NCBI GenBank assembly: GCA_013416795.1
Contig: RQSC01000015.1
Span: 167,696 to 231,695, forward strand
Origin: Prasinococcaceae sp. CCMP 1430
Lineage: Eukaryota; Plantae; Prasinodermophyta
Length of the DNA stretch: 64,000 nucleotides
Direction: 5' to 3'
Numbering within the stretch: position 1 is the first letter of the stretch; each line of letters starts with the position of its first letter. The translations under genes and the position numbers were made by a program. The notes beneath the pieces were generated by a model. That model had not been told where the DNA came from. It made no database searches and saw only the letters and a program-made list of their open reading frames with translations. Below, one piece after another: positions 54,501 through 64,000 of the stretch.

Positions 54501-55991
54501 CTGGCGTCCCTTGCGAAAGCTTCGGTGCTGCACCGAGCGGGCGTTGGGCTGCTCGCGGCCGCAGGCCGCGAGAGCGGCACGGGACCCGCGTCCACCGCAT
54601 CTGCTGGAGAGGCAGCCATGAAGCAAGTGGTTTCCCAGGCGCAGGAGGAGATCGCCACAGCATACACCATGCGACCATCCATGGAGATCATCGTGAAGGC
54701 ACTCGTCGAAGGTGGCATCGAGGCCGTGTCTGCTGCGTGCCACCTGACTCCCGGAGCGCCTGTTCTGCCTATGCTGGCGCGCCCCTGCAACGGCGCGCAG
54801 GAAGTGCACGCGCGCCTCGCCCTCTCGAAGGCGGGGTTCGTGGCGCAGTATAAATATGATGGCATGCGCGCGCAGGTGCACCTGATGGGACACGGCGAAG
54901 CAAAGGTATTCAGCAGGAGCTGCGAGGACTCCACGGAGCAGTTTGAGGACGCTGTGCGCGCCGTCAGCGCGGCGCTTAAGGAGAGCGAGGAGCACAGAGA
55001 TGATCCTATCGTAGTGGACTGTGAGATTGTGGCCGTCGACCGTGCAGAGACGCCCGCGCGGATTCTGCCCTTCCAGACGCTCGCGACGAAGGCCAAGACG
55101 GCCGCGGGACAAGCCAAGAAGAACGCAAGCGAGGGTACAGGCGCCAGCGTCGACGTGTGCGTGTATGTCTTCGATGTGCTGTTCCTCGGAACGAGATCGC
55201 TCGTTCATGCGCCGCTCTCGGAGCGCCTCGAGCGCTTGCGCGCGGCCTTCCCGAAGCAGGTGCCCGGCGTGCTCGAGCACGCCGAGCAGCGCCTCTTCTG
55301 TTTGCCGAACGTCGGTGCAGTTTCAGCAGAGAGCCGCAGTGGCGGCGGAGAGGCCGAGGAGCGCGAGCTGCACAAGGACCTCAGCAACATGCTGATGGAA
55401 AGCATTGGTGCCGGCTGCGAGGGGCTCATGTGCAAGGCCATGGACTCCACGTACGAGCCCTCGAAGCGCAGCGACGCCTGGCTCAAGGTGAAGCGCGACT
55501 ACGTCGCGGGGCTCGCCGACAGCCTTGATCTCGTCCCCATTGGTGCATGGTACGGCAACGGACGTAAGGCCGGCTGGTTTTCGCCCTGGCTGCTGGCGGC
55601 AGTCGACCCGGCCACGCAGGAGCTGCACTGCGTTTGCAGGGTCATGTCGGGCTTCTCAGACGACTTTTACAGGCGCAAGACGGCGGAGTACAAGGAAAAG
55701 CTCGTCGACGCATGCCCCGCGCATGTGCGCACCGGTGAGGCGTGCTCGGTGTGGTTCGACCCGTTTGAAGTCTGGGAGATACGGGGTGCGGACATTACGC
55801 TCTCCCCAGTGCACGCCGCAGGGTTGGGCAAGCTGGCCGAAAATACGAGCCGCGGGCTCTCTCTTCGATTCCCTCGATTTCTCCGCGAGCGCCCCGACAA
55901 AACTCCAAGCGGCGCCACCACTGTCGACGAGTTCGTGGAGATGTTCTCTCGGCAGGCCCAGCGGCTAGGCGCTGGCGGCCCGTCAGAGTGA
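51588..55991 (+). CDS. LIG6: DNA ligase VI (SNM1-type metallo-beta-lactamase, UBA-like and ATP-dependent ligase domains); exons 51588-51755, 51887-52051, 52242-55991
   Basis: FVVDGF, THFHADHYGGL, DANHCAGA, HCGDIRY, YLDTTY, VPYSEHSSF (MBL/beta-CASP); KYDGMRAQVH, EGLMCK, WLKVKRDY, LRFPRF (ligase). Confidence 0.93.
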
Positions 55992-56146
55992 CGCATCGAC
56001 TGTACATTGCTTATTAATTCATTTGTTGTCATACATAGGGGTGGGGGTGCCGGCGGGGTGTGGCGCACAGTGGGCTGAGCGCGCTATACATAGGGGTGGG
56101 GGTGGGGGTGGGGGGTGGGGTCGTCTCGTGCGCGTCGGCAGCAGCA

Positions 56147-59100
56147 TCAGCTCATGTCAACCCAGTCGCCCGAGTCGGAATCCCACTCGTACACCGAGAT
56201 GTGCCCAGAATCGTTGCCGTTCTCATCGCTCGTGTGCGACCCAGCGGCAACCCGAGTGCCGTCCAAACTGATGGCCGTGCTGCGACCCAGCCTGTAGTCG
56301 CCGCCAATGCCGTCGATGTCACTGCCCTTCTGGGCCCAGTCGCCCACGGCCGCGTCCCAGGTGTACACGCGCATGTGGCCCGAGTTGGTGCCGCCGTCAC
56401 CGTTGTTCGAGCGAGCGCCTGCTACCACAGTCATGCCGTCGCCAGAGATGTCGCACGATATGCCCCAGTCGTCGCCGGTGGCCTCGCGCGCGATGTCGGT
56501 GCCCATCTGGTTCCAGTCGGTGGTGTACTCGAAGACCTTCACCTCGCCGCCGTTCGCCTCGCTGGCGCCGCCGCACAGGTACGTGCCATCCGTTGACAAG
56601 CCAATGCCCGTTCCAAACCAGTCGGCCGCGCTATCGCCAATGATATCAGACCCTTTCTGCCCCCACTGCTCGGTGTCGCTGTTCCACGTGAAGACGCGCA
56701 CCAAGCCGCTCGGGTCGCTGTTCGACCCAACGCCATTGTGCTTGAAGCACCCCATCGCCAGCGTCGAGCCGTCCGGCGAAAGGCGCACGGCATCGCCGCA
56801 ATTGCCGTTGGGGTCGTCGCCATCGAGATCAGCGCCCATTTGCCCCCAACTTCCCGCTTCGGAGTCGTACTCGTACACGCGTGCGTGCCCGGCGGCGGAT
56901 CCTCCGCCGTCGTTCTCGGCGGCGCCAATGGCCACGCTCGTGCCGTCGCCGCTCAGGTCGCAGGAGAAGCCCGACTCGTCATTCTTGGCCTCGCCATAGA
57001 TATCAGATCCAAGCTGAGACCAGGAGGACCGGCCGGCGTTCCATTCGTACACCTGGACGTGTCCGGCGTTCTGCTTGTAGCCGTCGTTGTTGCGCCCACC
57101 TATCGCAAACACGCTCCCGTCCTGACTCAGGCTGACGGAATCGCCGAACTGGTCTGAACTCCCTGCCCCTTCGAGGTTGCTGCCTCGGATTACCCACGCG
57201 GAGCCATCGTACTTGATCGCTCGCGCGTAGCCGTTGGACCCTCCCATGTTGGCACCGCCGGCCACGACGGTTCCGTCCCCACTCAGGGCGATGCTGAAGC
57301 CAAACTTGTCGCCCGCCGCGTCGCCTAGGTACCACGGCGGTGGGGGGGGCGGTGAAGGGGGCGGTGAAGGGAGCGGCGGCGGGCTGGGCGGCGGGCTGGG
57401 CGGCGGGCTCGGTGGCGGTGAGGGGGGCGGTGAGGGGGGCAGGCTCGGCGGTGGCGGGCTCGGCGGCGGGCTCGGCGGCGCGCTCGGCGGTAGGAAGACG
57501 CACAGCGCCAGGCTCGGGAAATGCGCCTGACAGGTCTGCGGGCAGAACGCATACGTGAAAGGGTCGCTTGCAGGGCATCCGGCATTCACGATGACCGAGC
57601 AGAGCTCGTCCGAGATTGCGTTCTCGCACACTGTTGCCGGCGGGCTCGGCGGCGGAGCAGGCGGCAGGGGCGGGCTCGGTGGCGGGCTTGGCGGCAGGCT
57701 CGGCGGCGGCGGGCTCGGCGGCGGGCTCGGCGGGCTCGGCGGGGGAGACGGCGGAGGGGATGGCGGCGGCGTTGGCGGGAAGGCGGGAGGCGGGCTCGGT
57801 GGAAGGCTCGGCGGGGGAGACGGCGGAGCGCTCGGTGGCGGGCTCGGCGGCAAGCTTGGAGGGAGCGGCGGTGAGGGCGGCGGCTGCGGTGGCGAGGGTG
57901 GGGGAGGCGGGGGCGACGGTGGCACGCAGATCGCCCGCGATGGGTACGCAGCTTGGCACGAGTGCGCGCACAGGTACGTGGTTGCCTCGCTGTCGAGCGG
58001 GCAGCCAACTGCAAGAACCACGGAGCAGTCATCGACCCGATCCACGCACCACGGCGGCGGCGGGTTGGGCGGCGGGCTCGGCGGTGGCGGGCTCGGCGGC
58101 GGGCTGGGCGGCGGCGAAGGAGGCGCGCTCGGCGGCAGAGATGGCGGCGGGCTCGGAGGTGGGCTCGGAGGCACACTCGGCGGCGGGATCGGAGGCGGCG
58201 GGCTCGGTGGAGGGCTCGGTGGCGGTGGCGGACTCGGCGGCGGTGACTCCAGCACACAGATGTGCAGCGTAGCAAAGCTGTAGCTGCAAGTGGACGGGCA
58301 CAGCACGGTTGTAGCGAGGTCGTCTGCAGGGCATCCATTCGCAACAACAGAGGCGCACACGCTCGCATCTGCCATGTCCACGCACGGCACGAAGGGTGGC
58401 GGCGGCGGCGGGCTCGGCGGCGGGCTCGGCGGTGGCGGGCTCGGCGGCGGGCTCGTCGGGCTCGGTGGGGGCGGGCTCGGCGGAGGCAGACTCGGCGGAC
58501 TCGCTGGCGGTGGGAGTGGGGAGGGTGGCGGAGGGGGTGGGGGGCGTGGTGGAGGTGGGTTGGGCGGAGGTGGGGGCGAAGGCGGACGCAGAGGCGGGAA
58601 CGGCGGCTGGCGGGTTTCTGTGGCGGCGATGGATATCGACACCGGCGGCGGGGGTGACCCTGGCGGGGGCGGGGGTGAGCAGGTGCCGGCTTCGATGCAG
58701 GCCGCCTCGACAATGTCGCGTATGGCCTGCGTCAACGTCTCGGCGAAATCGGACGGGAGCTCTTGCCCGCTGCCATCCGCAGGGCGCACCTGGTACTGCA
58801 TTGACGCGTCGCCAATAAGCTTGATCAGTGCCCCCGCTTTCTCAGCGACGCGGTCGCTGATCCCCTCGGGGTCGCTCAGTAGTTCAAGGGCGCGCAGTGC
58901 TTGCTCTTTCATGGCCGCGTCCTCTTCCGCATCAAAAAGGACCGTGAACTCCACCACTATCTCCGTCTCTGAAATGATCTCGGTGACCTCGGATTCGACG
59001 TTGTCGCAGGGAGCGCCGGCAATGTCGGCGACCTCGCATTCGAGCTCGCGTTGTCGCTCCCTAAATTGATCAAGGCCCATGCCGTCGAAGCTAATGCCCC

Positions 59101-60660
59101 TGACGATGGCCACGAATAGGTCCACGTTCGGCCTGGTTGGCGTCGCAGGCGGCGGAGGCGCGAGCGGCGGGTCGGGAGATTCGACGAGTGGGGGACCCGT
59201 GTCGGGCCTCTCCAGGGTCGACCCGGAGATTTGGGCTGCCTTGTCGAGGACCGCGTCGCGCACCTCCCCGATGTCGAGGAACGCGAAGTCACCTTCATCC
59301 ACGGCGGCGCCCCTTTCTGGCGGCGGTGGCGGGGGGGCGCGTGCCGGCGGCGGTGGCGGGGGGGCGCGTGTGGGCGCCATCAGCACCGCTGGTGCGGGCT
59401 CGCCTCCTCCCCCACCGGACGCCGGCATCAGCGCCACAACCACTGCAACCACCCCGCCAAGCACCACGGCGACCCCGAGCGCGATCACCCACAGCGGCTG
59501 CCCCTTGCAGCAGCAGCAGCAGCACAGCGCCCACACGCCCCCGCGCCGTCGGCGCTCATCGGGGTCGGCGGGCGCGTCCTCTTCGTCCTCCACCACGATT
59601 GTCACCGCCGACTCGCTCGACACCTCGGCGATCGACTGCTCGGGCGCAATGGGCTCTGGAGGGCCGTTCCCATTTGGGAGCTTCCCCTCCTCCTCCCCCT
59701 CGGGCTCCCCCAGCTCGGCCTGCACGTCCAACGACGGCTCCAGCAGAGGCGACTCGGGCACCAGGATCACCAGCGGCGGCCTTGTCGCCGCGTCTGTCTC
59801 ACCCGCAGGCTCTGCCGGGGCGTCCGCCGCCGGTGCCTGCGGCTGCTGCGACTGCGGCGCGCCCGCCGCGGCATCCACCGGCTCCGAGGCCGTCGCTTGA
59901 TGCTCGGTGGTGAGCGCCTCTCCAGCCCCGCCTTCGGCATCGAGGGCGTCCGCCGCCGGTGCCTGCGGCTGCTGCGACTGCGGCGCGCTCGCCGCGGCAT
60001 CCACCGGCTCCGAGGCCGTCGCTTGATGCTCGGTGCTGAGCGCCTCTCCAGCCCCGCCTTCGGCATCGACGTCGGTGGTTTCTGCATCGACGTCGGTGGC
60101 CGTCGCTTGATGCTCGGTGCTGAGCGCCTCTCCAGCCCCGCCTTCGGCATCGACGTCGGTGGTTTCTGCATCGACGTCGGTGGTTTCTGCGCCCGAGTCT
60201 GTGGGACCGCTGTCACGCGCCAGGTCTCCGCTGGCGCCGCGCGGGCCGCCGGTGAGCTTCCGCCCGACCCAGCGCGCGGCACGCAGCGCCGGGCGGAGCG
60301 GCAGCGGCGCGCCCCCTCCCTTGCCCGCTCGGTCCGACGGTCCGACGGCGGCCGCAACCTCGCCCGAGTTTTTTATGCCGAGGTCCGCATTGTCGGCGTC
60401 GTTGCCACGGTCGCGGTCGTGGCTGTGTAACGATCCCGCAGCGGGCTCCGCCTCGGCGGCGCCCGCTGGCGCGCCCGCGGTGAGCCCCTCCTCGGAGCCG
60501 GAGCTGTCCGCGCCCGAGTCTGGCGAGGCCGGCGGGCGCGTGCCGCTACCGGCGGTGGGCGCGCCTTCATCGACGCGCAGCGCGTCCCCGCGCTGCGTCG
60601 TGATGCCACCCTCCGCCCCGCCCCCCGCCTCGGCATCGTCGCCGTCGCTCCCGCCGCCGC
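56147..60660 (-). CDS. Large type-II membrane, Ser/Pro-rich (HRGP-like) protein with three ShKT-like modules and a C-terminal FG-GAP-type beta-propeller; start codon not found
   Basis: Acidic repetitive N-terminus, CCCCC plus TM helix, long SPPP tracts, three six-Cys modules, and seven repeats of G...D.FG.S..LS.DG...A.GA. Confidence 0.8.
59817..60190. repeat. Nested intragenic tandem duplications (~126-bp and ~84-bp units)
   Basis: Near-identical copies encoding DAEGGAGEALSTEHQATA(SEPVDAAA.APQSQQPQAPAADA) and TTDVDAE. Confidence 0.9.
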
Positions 60661-62518
60661 CGTCGTCGCGGCGCGCGGCGAGGCGTCGTGCTGGGGGGTA
60701 GACGGGGGCGGCCACGAAACGCTCGTGCCGGCCGCGCGTGGCGCGCTCTCCTTCGCTGAGCGCGTGTGGGTCACGCCCGAGGGGTCGACAATGGGGCCAA
60801 TGGCACAGCGAGTGGGCTACGACGCCGAAGGCGACACAGCTTGGGAGGTGGACCTGAGTGGCACGGCGCTGACACTGACGGGAGAAGAGCGGGAGCTCGT
60901 GCTGATGGCCGGCTGGGTGCGCACGGGCCAGTGGCGCGCGGCACTCGAGGCGGGCGCACTCGAAGTCTCCGAGGCGCCAGCCAGCAAAACAGGCGGCGGC
61001 GACGACGGCGCATGCATCAGCCTCGTCCGGCTGCCGGGCGGTGCGCTGCTCGGCGAGCTCAAACTTGATAGCGAGGGCATGCCCACGGAGTTGAAGATGG
61101 AAACGGCCGCCGGGCTCGAGCGCTGGACGTTCGCGGGCCCGTGGCACAGTGTCGTGGACGGCGTGGTCGCCCCTTCTTTTCATCAGCACTTTCCGGCAGC
61201 GGGTGGCGACTCGACGTTCGTGATCTCCTCCGAGAACGTGGAGCTCCAGACCGACGCCAGTGCCGACGCCAGAGCTGACGAGGAGAGCGGAGACGGCGAG
61301 ATCGCCTCCTCGTTTGCCATCGACATGGACGCAGTGACCGCGCTACGCACTGCGGTCGACACAGCCGCGGCGGCCCGCGTCCCATGCTGCCGTGGCGACG
61401 GCGGCCACATTCTTGCGCGCGCTCGCACTGGCGACGCGGGCGACGGGGGCGCCGAGATACCCGGATGGGTAGTCATTGACACTGCTGCGGGCGGCGCCCT
61501 GTGCATCTCCCCTGCAGCCGCTGACGAGCTGGGCATGGAGAAGTTCGGCGAGGTGTGGTTAAATGGGGTGGGGGGAGGGATTAAGTGCGCTCTGCGGCGA
61601 TGCGAGGCATTTGCGCTGGGTCAGGTGACGCTCGTGCGTCCCGTTTTCGTCGAGATGGAGCTAGGCGATGCCGTCCGGCCCGCGAGCGCCGTGCGCGGGC
61701 GCCGCGCAAACGTGCGCAGCAGCGCTGCCGAACGCAACAACCGCATTATTGGCGCTGTGGGGGCGGCGATACTCCGCCGCAGCGTGCTCGAGCTGCGCCT
61801 CGGCAAACGCGACCCGTGGGCCGCCGGGGCGCCGCCAATGGCGCTCTCGGTGCACGCGCCCGAGCAGTACGAGGCGCCGACCGAGCGCGCGGAGACCGCC
61901 TGGCAGGGGCTTAGCTACGAGTATGGCGTGCCGCACCTCGAAGCCGTGCTTCGAGCGACGAATGAGGGCGGCCCAGAGAGCGAGGGTGGCGAGTCTGGCG
62001 GCGGGGATGGCCGTGAGCCGAGCGGCGGCGGTGCCATGCGCTGGCAGTCAGGCAGTGGCGTGGAGAGCGTGCTACTTAAGCTCTCGTTTGGCGTTGGCGG
62101 CTGCGGCCTCATCCTGCGCCGCCAGACCGCCGCGCGCATCGGCGTGGAGAGCGCAATCGAGGCGAGCGGGGTGGTGAGCGGCGCGGGCAGTGAGAGGGCG
62201 CGCATGGCGCGAATCGGGCAGCCGCTGCCCGAGACCAACCGGTCGCGCGATGCAGAGCAAGGCGGCGTGAGTGCGCCCCCAGGCGTGGGCGACGAGGACG
62301 TCTTCTCGACGCGCCTCGCGGCGGTCGAGTTCAAGGGCGCGACGATGCGCGGCGTGCGTGCGCTGGTGCACAAGGGGGAGCTCCCGCAGGATATCGAGCT
62401 CGCCGAGGCCGCCGGAGGTGCGGCATGCGCGCAGCTCCTCGACGGGGGCACGCTCCTGTGCCTCGACGTGCCCGGGGATCGGGTGTCAATTTCGCGCTTG
62501 GATAAATACTTCACGTAG
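60660..62518 (+). CDS. Aspartyl-protease-like (retropepsin-fold) protein; start uncertain
   Basis: GHIL..A...GWVVIDTAAGG.LCIS..AADELG (D-T motif), IIGAVGAAIL, and a second degenerate lobe. N-terminal GYD...AWEVDLSG. Confidence 0.6.
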
Positions 62519-62531
62519 TTATTAGTGACTA

Positions 62532-64000
62532 TTAGTTGTTGGCGAAGAGGCTCTTGCCACCGCTGAAGATGTCGCGCATGTTCGCCTGAATGTCGCTCTG
62601 CAGCCCCTTGAGGTTGGTGCTCAAACCCTTGTAAACGGCCGCGGCGCCCGCGGGCGTGAAGGAGCCTCCAGTGTCACCAGCCGTTGCGGCTGCTGCGCGT
62701 GCCTTGCGCTTCGCACCGCCGGCTGGCTCGGCAAACGAAAAGTGTGCATCCAGAGCGCTCGCCTCGGCAGACGGCGCAGCGGTGGCGACCTCTGGTGGCG
62801 GGCCGCACGCGAGAGCAAGCGCGTCCGCCTCGGAGAGGCGGGCGTTGGCACGAGCGCCACGTAGGTTGCGCCCTTTCAAGCGCACGCGAGCGCCCGGGCC
62901 TCCGCCGGGCGTGGGTACGGGCAGGTACGCGAAACGCGACGCCGGAGGCGTGCTACGCATGGTGTTGGCGTCGGTGACCGACGAGCTCGCGGTCGTGTTC
63001 GCGGTGGCCTTGCCAAGAGCGCCGCCGTCGGGATCGAACGGTGCTGCCGCCGTGGCGAGCGAGCCGTACAGGACCGCGGAGCGCTTGGCAAACCTCGCCT
63101 CGCTCTTCCACAGGTGAGGTTCGTATGTAGCCCAGTCGATAGGGTCCAGGCGCGCAGAGAGCGACAGGACCAGGGGGCCGCTGATCTGATCGTCCGCCGC
63201 GCGCGACCGGCTCCCCGCCGCTGCTCGCGCTGCGCTCGCTGCTGCCGCTGCAGCAGCGGCAGCCGCGGCAGCGGCAGCACCGCGCACGCGGGCTGACGCC
63301 GACCTAGCACCGAGTGAGCTCGGGTCGGCGGCGACAGCCATCGCCGGCGGCGCGTCTGTCGACGTATCCCGCGCCCCGGCAAAGGCGCGGCCCATGAATC
63401 GAACGTCCATCAACAGCTGCAATGCCCCCTTGACAGTTGTTGCCGCGGCGCGCTGCCGTTCTGACTTGGAGACACTCGTGCCCATTGCGGCTGAAGCCTC
63501 GGCGTCGACACGGTACGGCAGCAGCGCATGCGCGATCCGCCCACGCAGAGCGAACGCCAAGAGCTGCACGGCCTCGCGCTCAAGACTGGTGCCGGCCACA
63601 CGGCGCGCCTCGGTAGCCGTTCCAGTCAGGGCAGCGAGCAGGTACGAACTCGGCTGTGCTGGCAGTAGGAGCTTGGCAGCCTCGTCTACGCACTCCCAAT
63701 GGGCAGGGGCCACGGTCGCCACAATGGTTTCATCCGCCTCCAAGGCAGCGTCGTACGCACCACCGTGCCGCTCCGCGACGAATTCCGCCCACAGGCGCAA
63801 CACGCCCATGCCCGCATCCCACAGGGCGTTGCACGCCTCGGTGAGCTCGCGAGAAGGAGCGTCTGCCGCACCCGAGCGCGCCGAGTAATCACGCGCCCGC
63901 GTCCTCGACGATGACTGATGCTCCCCTCCCGCAGCGGCGCTCCTCTCGGCCGACTCGGGCCAGCCGCCAGGTATGCCGAGCATCCGAGGGAGCTCCTTGC
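62532..64000 (-). CDS. COG1: Conserved oligomeric Golgi complex subunit 1, 3' part (runs off the window end)
   Basis: GALQLLMDVRF and LDPIDWATYEPHLW.....AKRSAVLYGSL..RFAYLP are characteristic of the plant/algal COG1 C-terminus. Confidence 0.78.
   Translation of the reverse strand, partial: KELPRMLGIPGGWPESAERSAAAGGEHQSSSRTRARDYSARSGAADAPSRELTEACNALWDAGMGVLRLWAEFVAERHGGAYDAALEADETIVATVAPAHWECVDEAAKLLLPAQPSSYLLAALTGTATEARRVAGTSLEREAVQLLAFALRGRIAHALLPYRVDAEASAAMGTSVSKSERQRAAATTVKGALQLLMDVRFMGRAFAGARDTSTDAPPAMAVAADPSSLGARSASARVRGAAAAAAAAAAAAAASAARAAAGSRSRAADDQISGPLVLSLSARLDPIDWATYEPHLWKSEARFAKRSAVLYGSLATAAAPFDPDGGALGKATANTTASSSVTDANTMRSTPPASRFAYLPVPTPGGGPGARVRLKGRNLRGARANARLSEADALALACGPPPEVATAAPSAEASALDAHFSFAEPAGGAKRKARAAAATAGDTGGSFTPAGAAAVYKGLSTNLKGLQSDIQANMRDIFSGGKSLFANN

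Overview
Gene-dense, very GC-rich (~70% by eye) nuclear DNA of a eukaryotic alga. It is most likely green-lineage/prasinophyte-like, inferred from LIG6, PLGG1, plant-type DGAT2, plastid rpoC fragments and short GT(GCG)...CTGAC...CAG introns. About 19 protein-coding genes are supportable: the 3' end of a helicase-associated (HA) domain protein, a small 3-exon gene with an in-frame TGA, MSH6/MSH7, CC2D2A, SAM synthetase, a coiled-coil protein, an intronless inner-arm dynein heavy chain (DNAH1-like), CFAP161, WDR70, PLGG1, a cyanobacterial-type DprA/SMF-like protein, a TrhO/TSTD2-like rhodanese, a secreted kinase-like protein, an FHA-like protein, an 11-mer-repeat membrane protein, DGAT2, a LarE-like PP-loop protein, LIG6, a proline-rich ShKT/beta-propeller surface protein, an aspartyl-protease-like protein and the 3' part of COG1. 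The best novel candidate is absent from the ORF track: a spliced 102-aa Rdx/thioredoxin-like protein (946->400, minus) whose frame reads through TGA at the redox-site position (HS-U-P), with a SECIS-like hairpin in its 3' UTR, i.e. a candidate new selenoprotein. Other oddities: two intact AT-rich plastid rpoC1/rpoC2 pieces in permuted order sharing a 49-bp duplication, one supplying or overlapping the dynein start codon (NUPT or assembly chimera); three head-to-head gene pairs with almost no intergenic space and missing ATGs; and a perilipin-like 11-mer-repeat gene beside DGAT2. All calls are from motif recognition by eye; no database searches were run.
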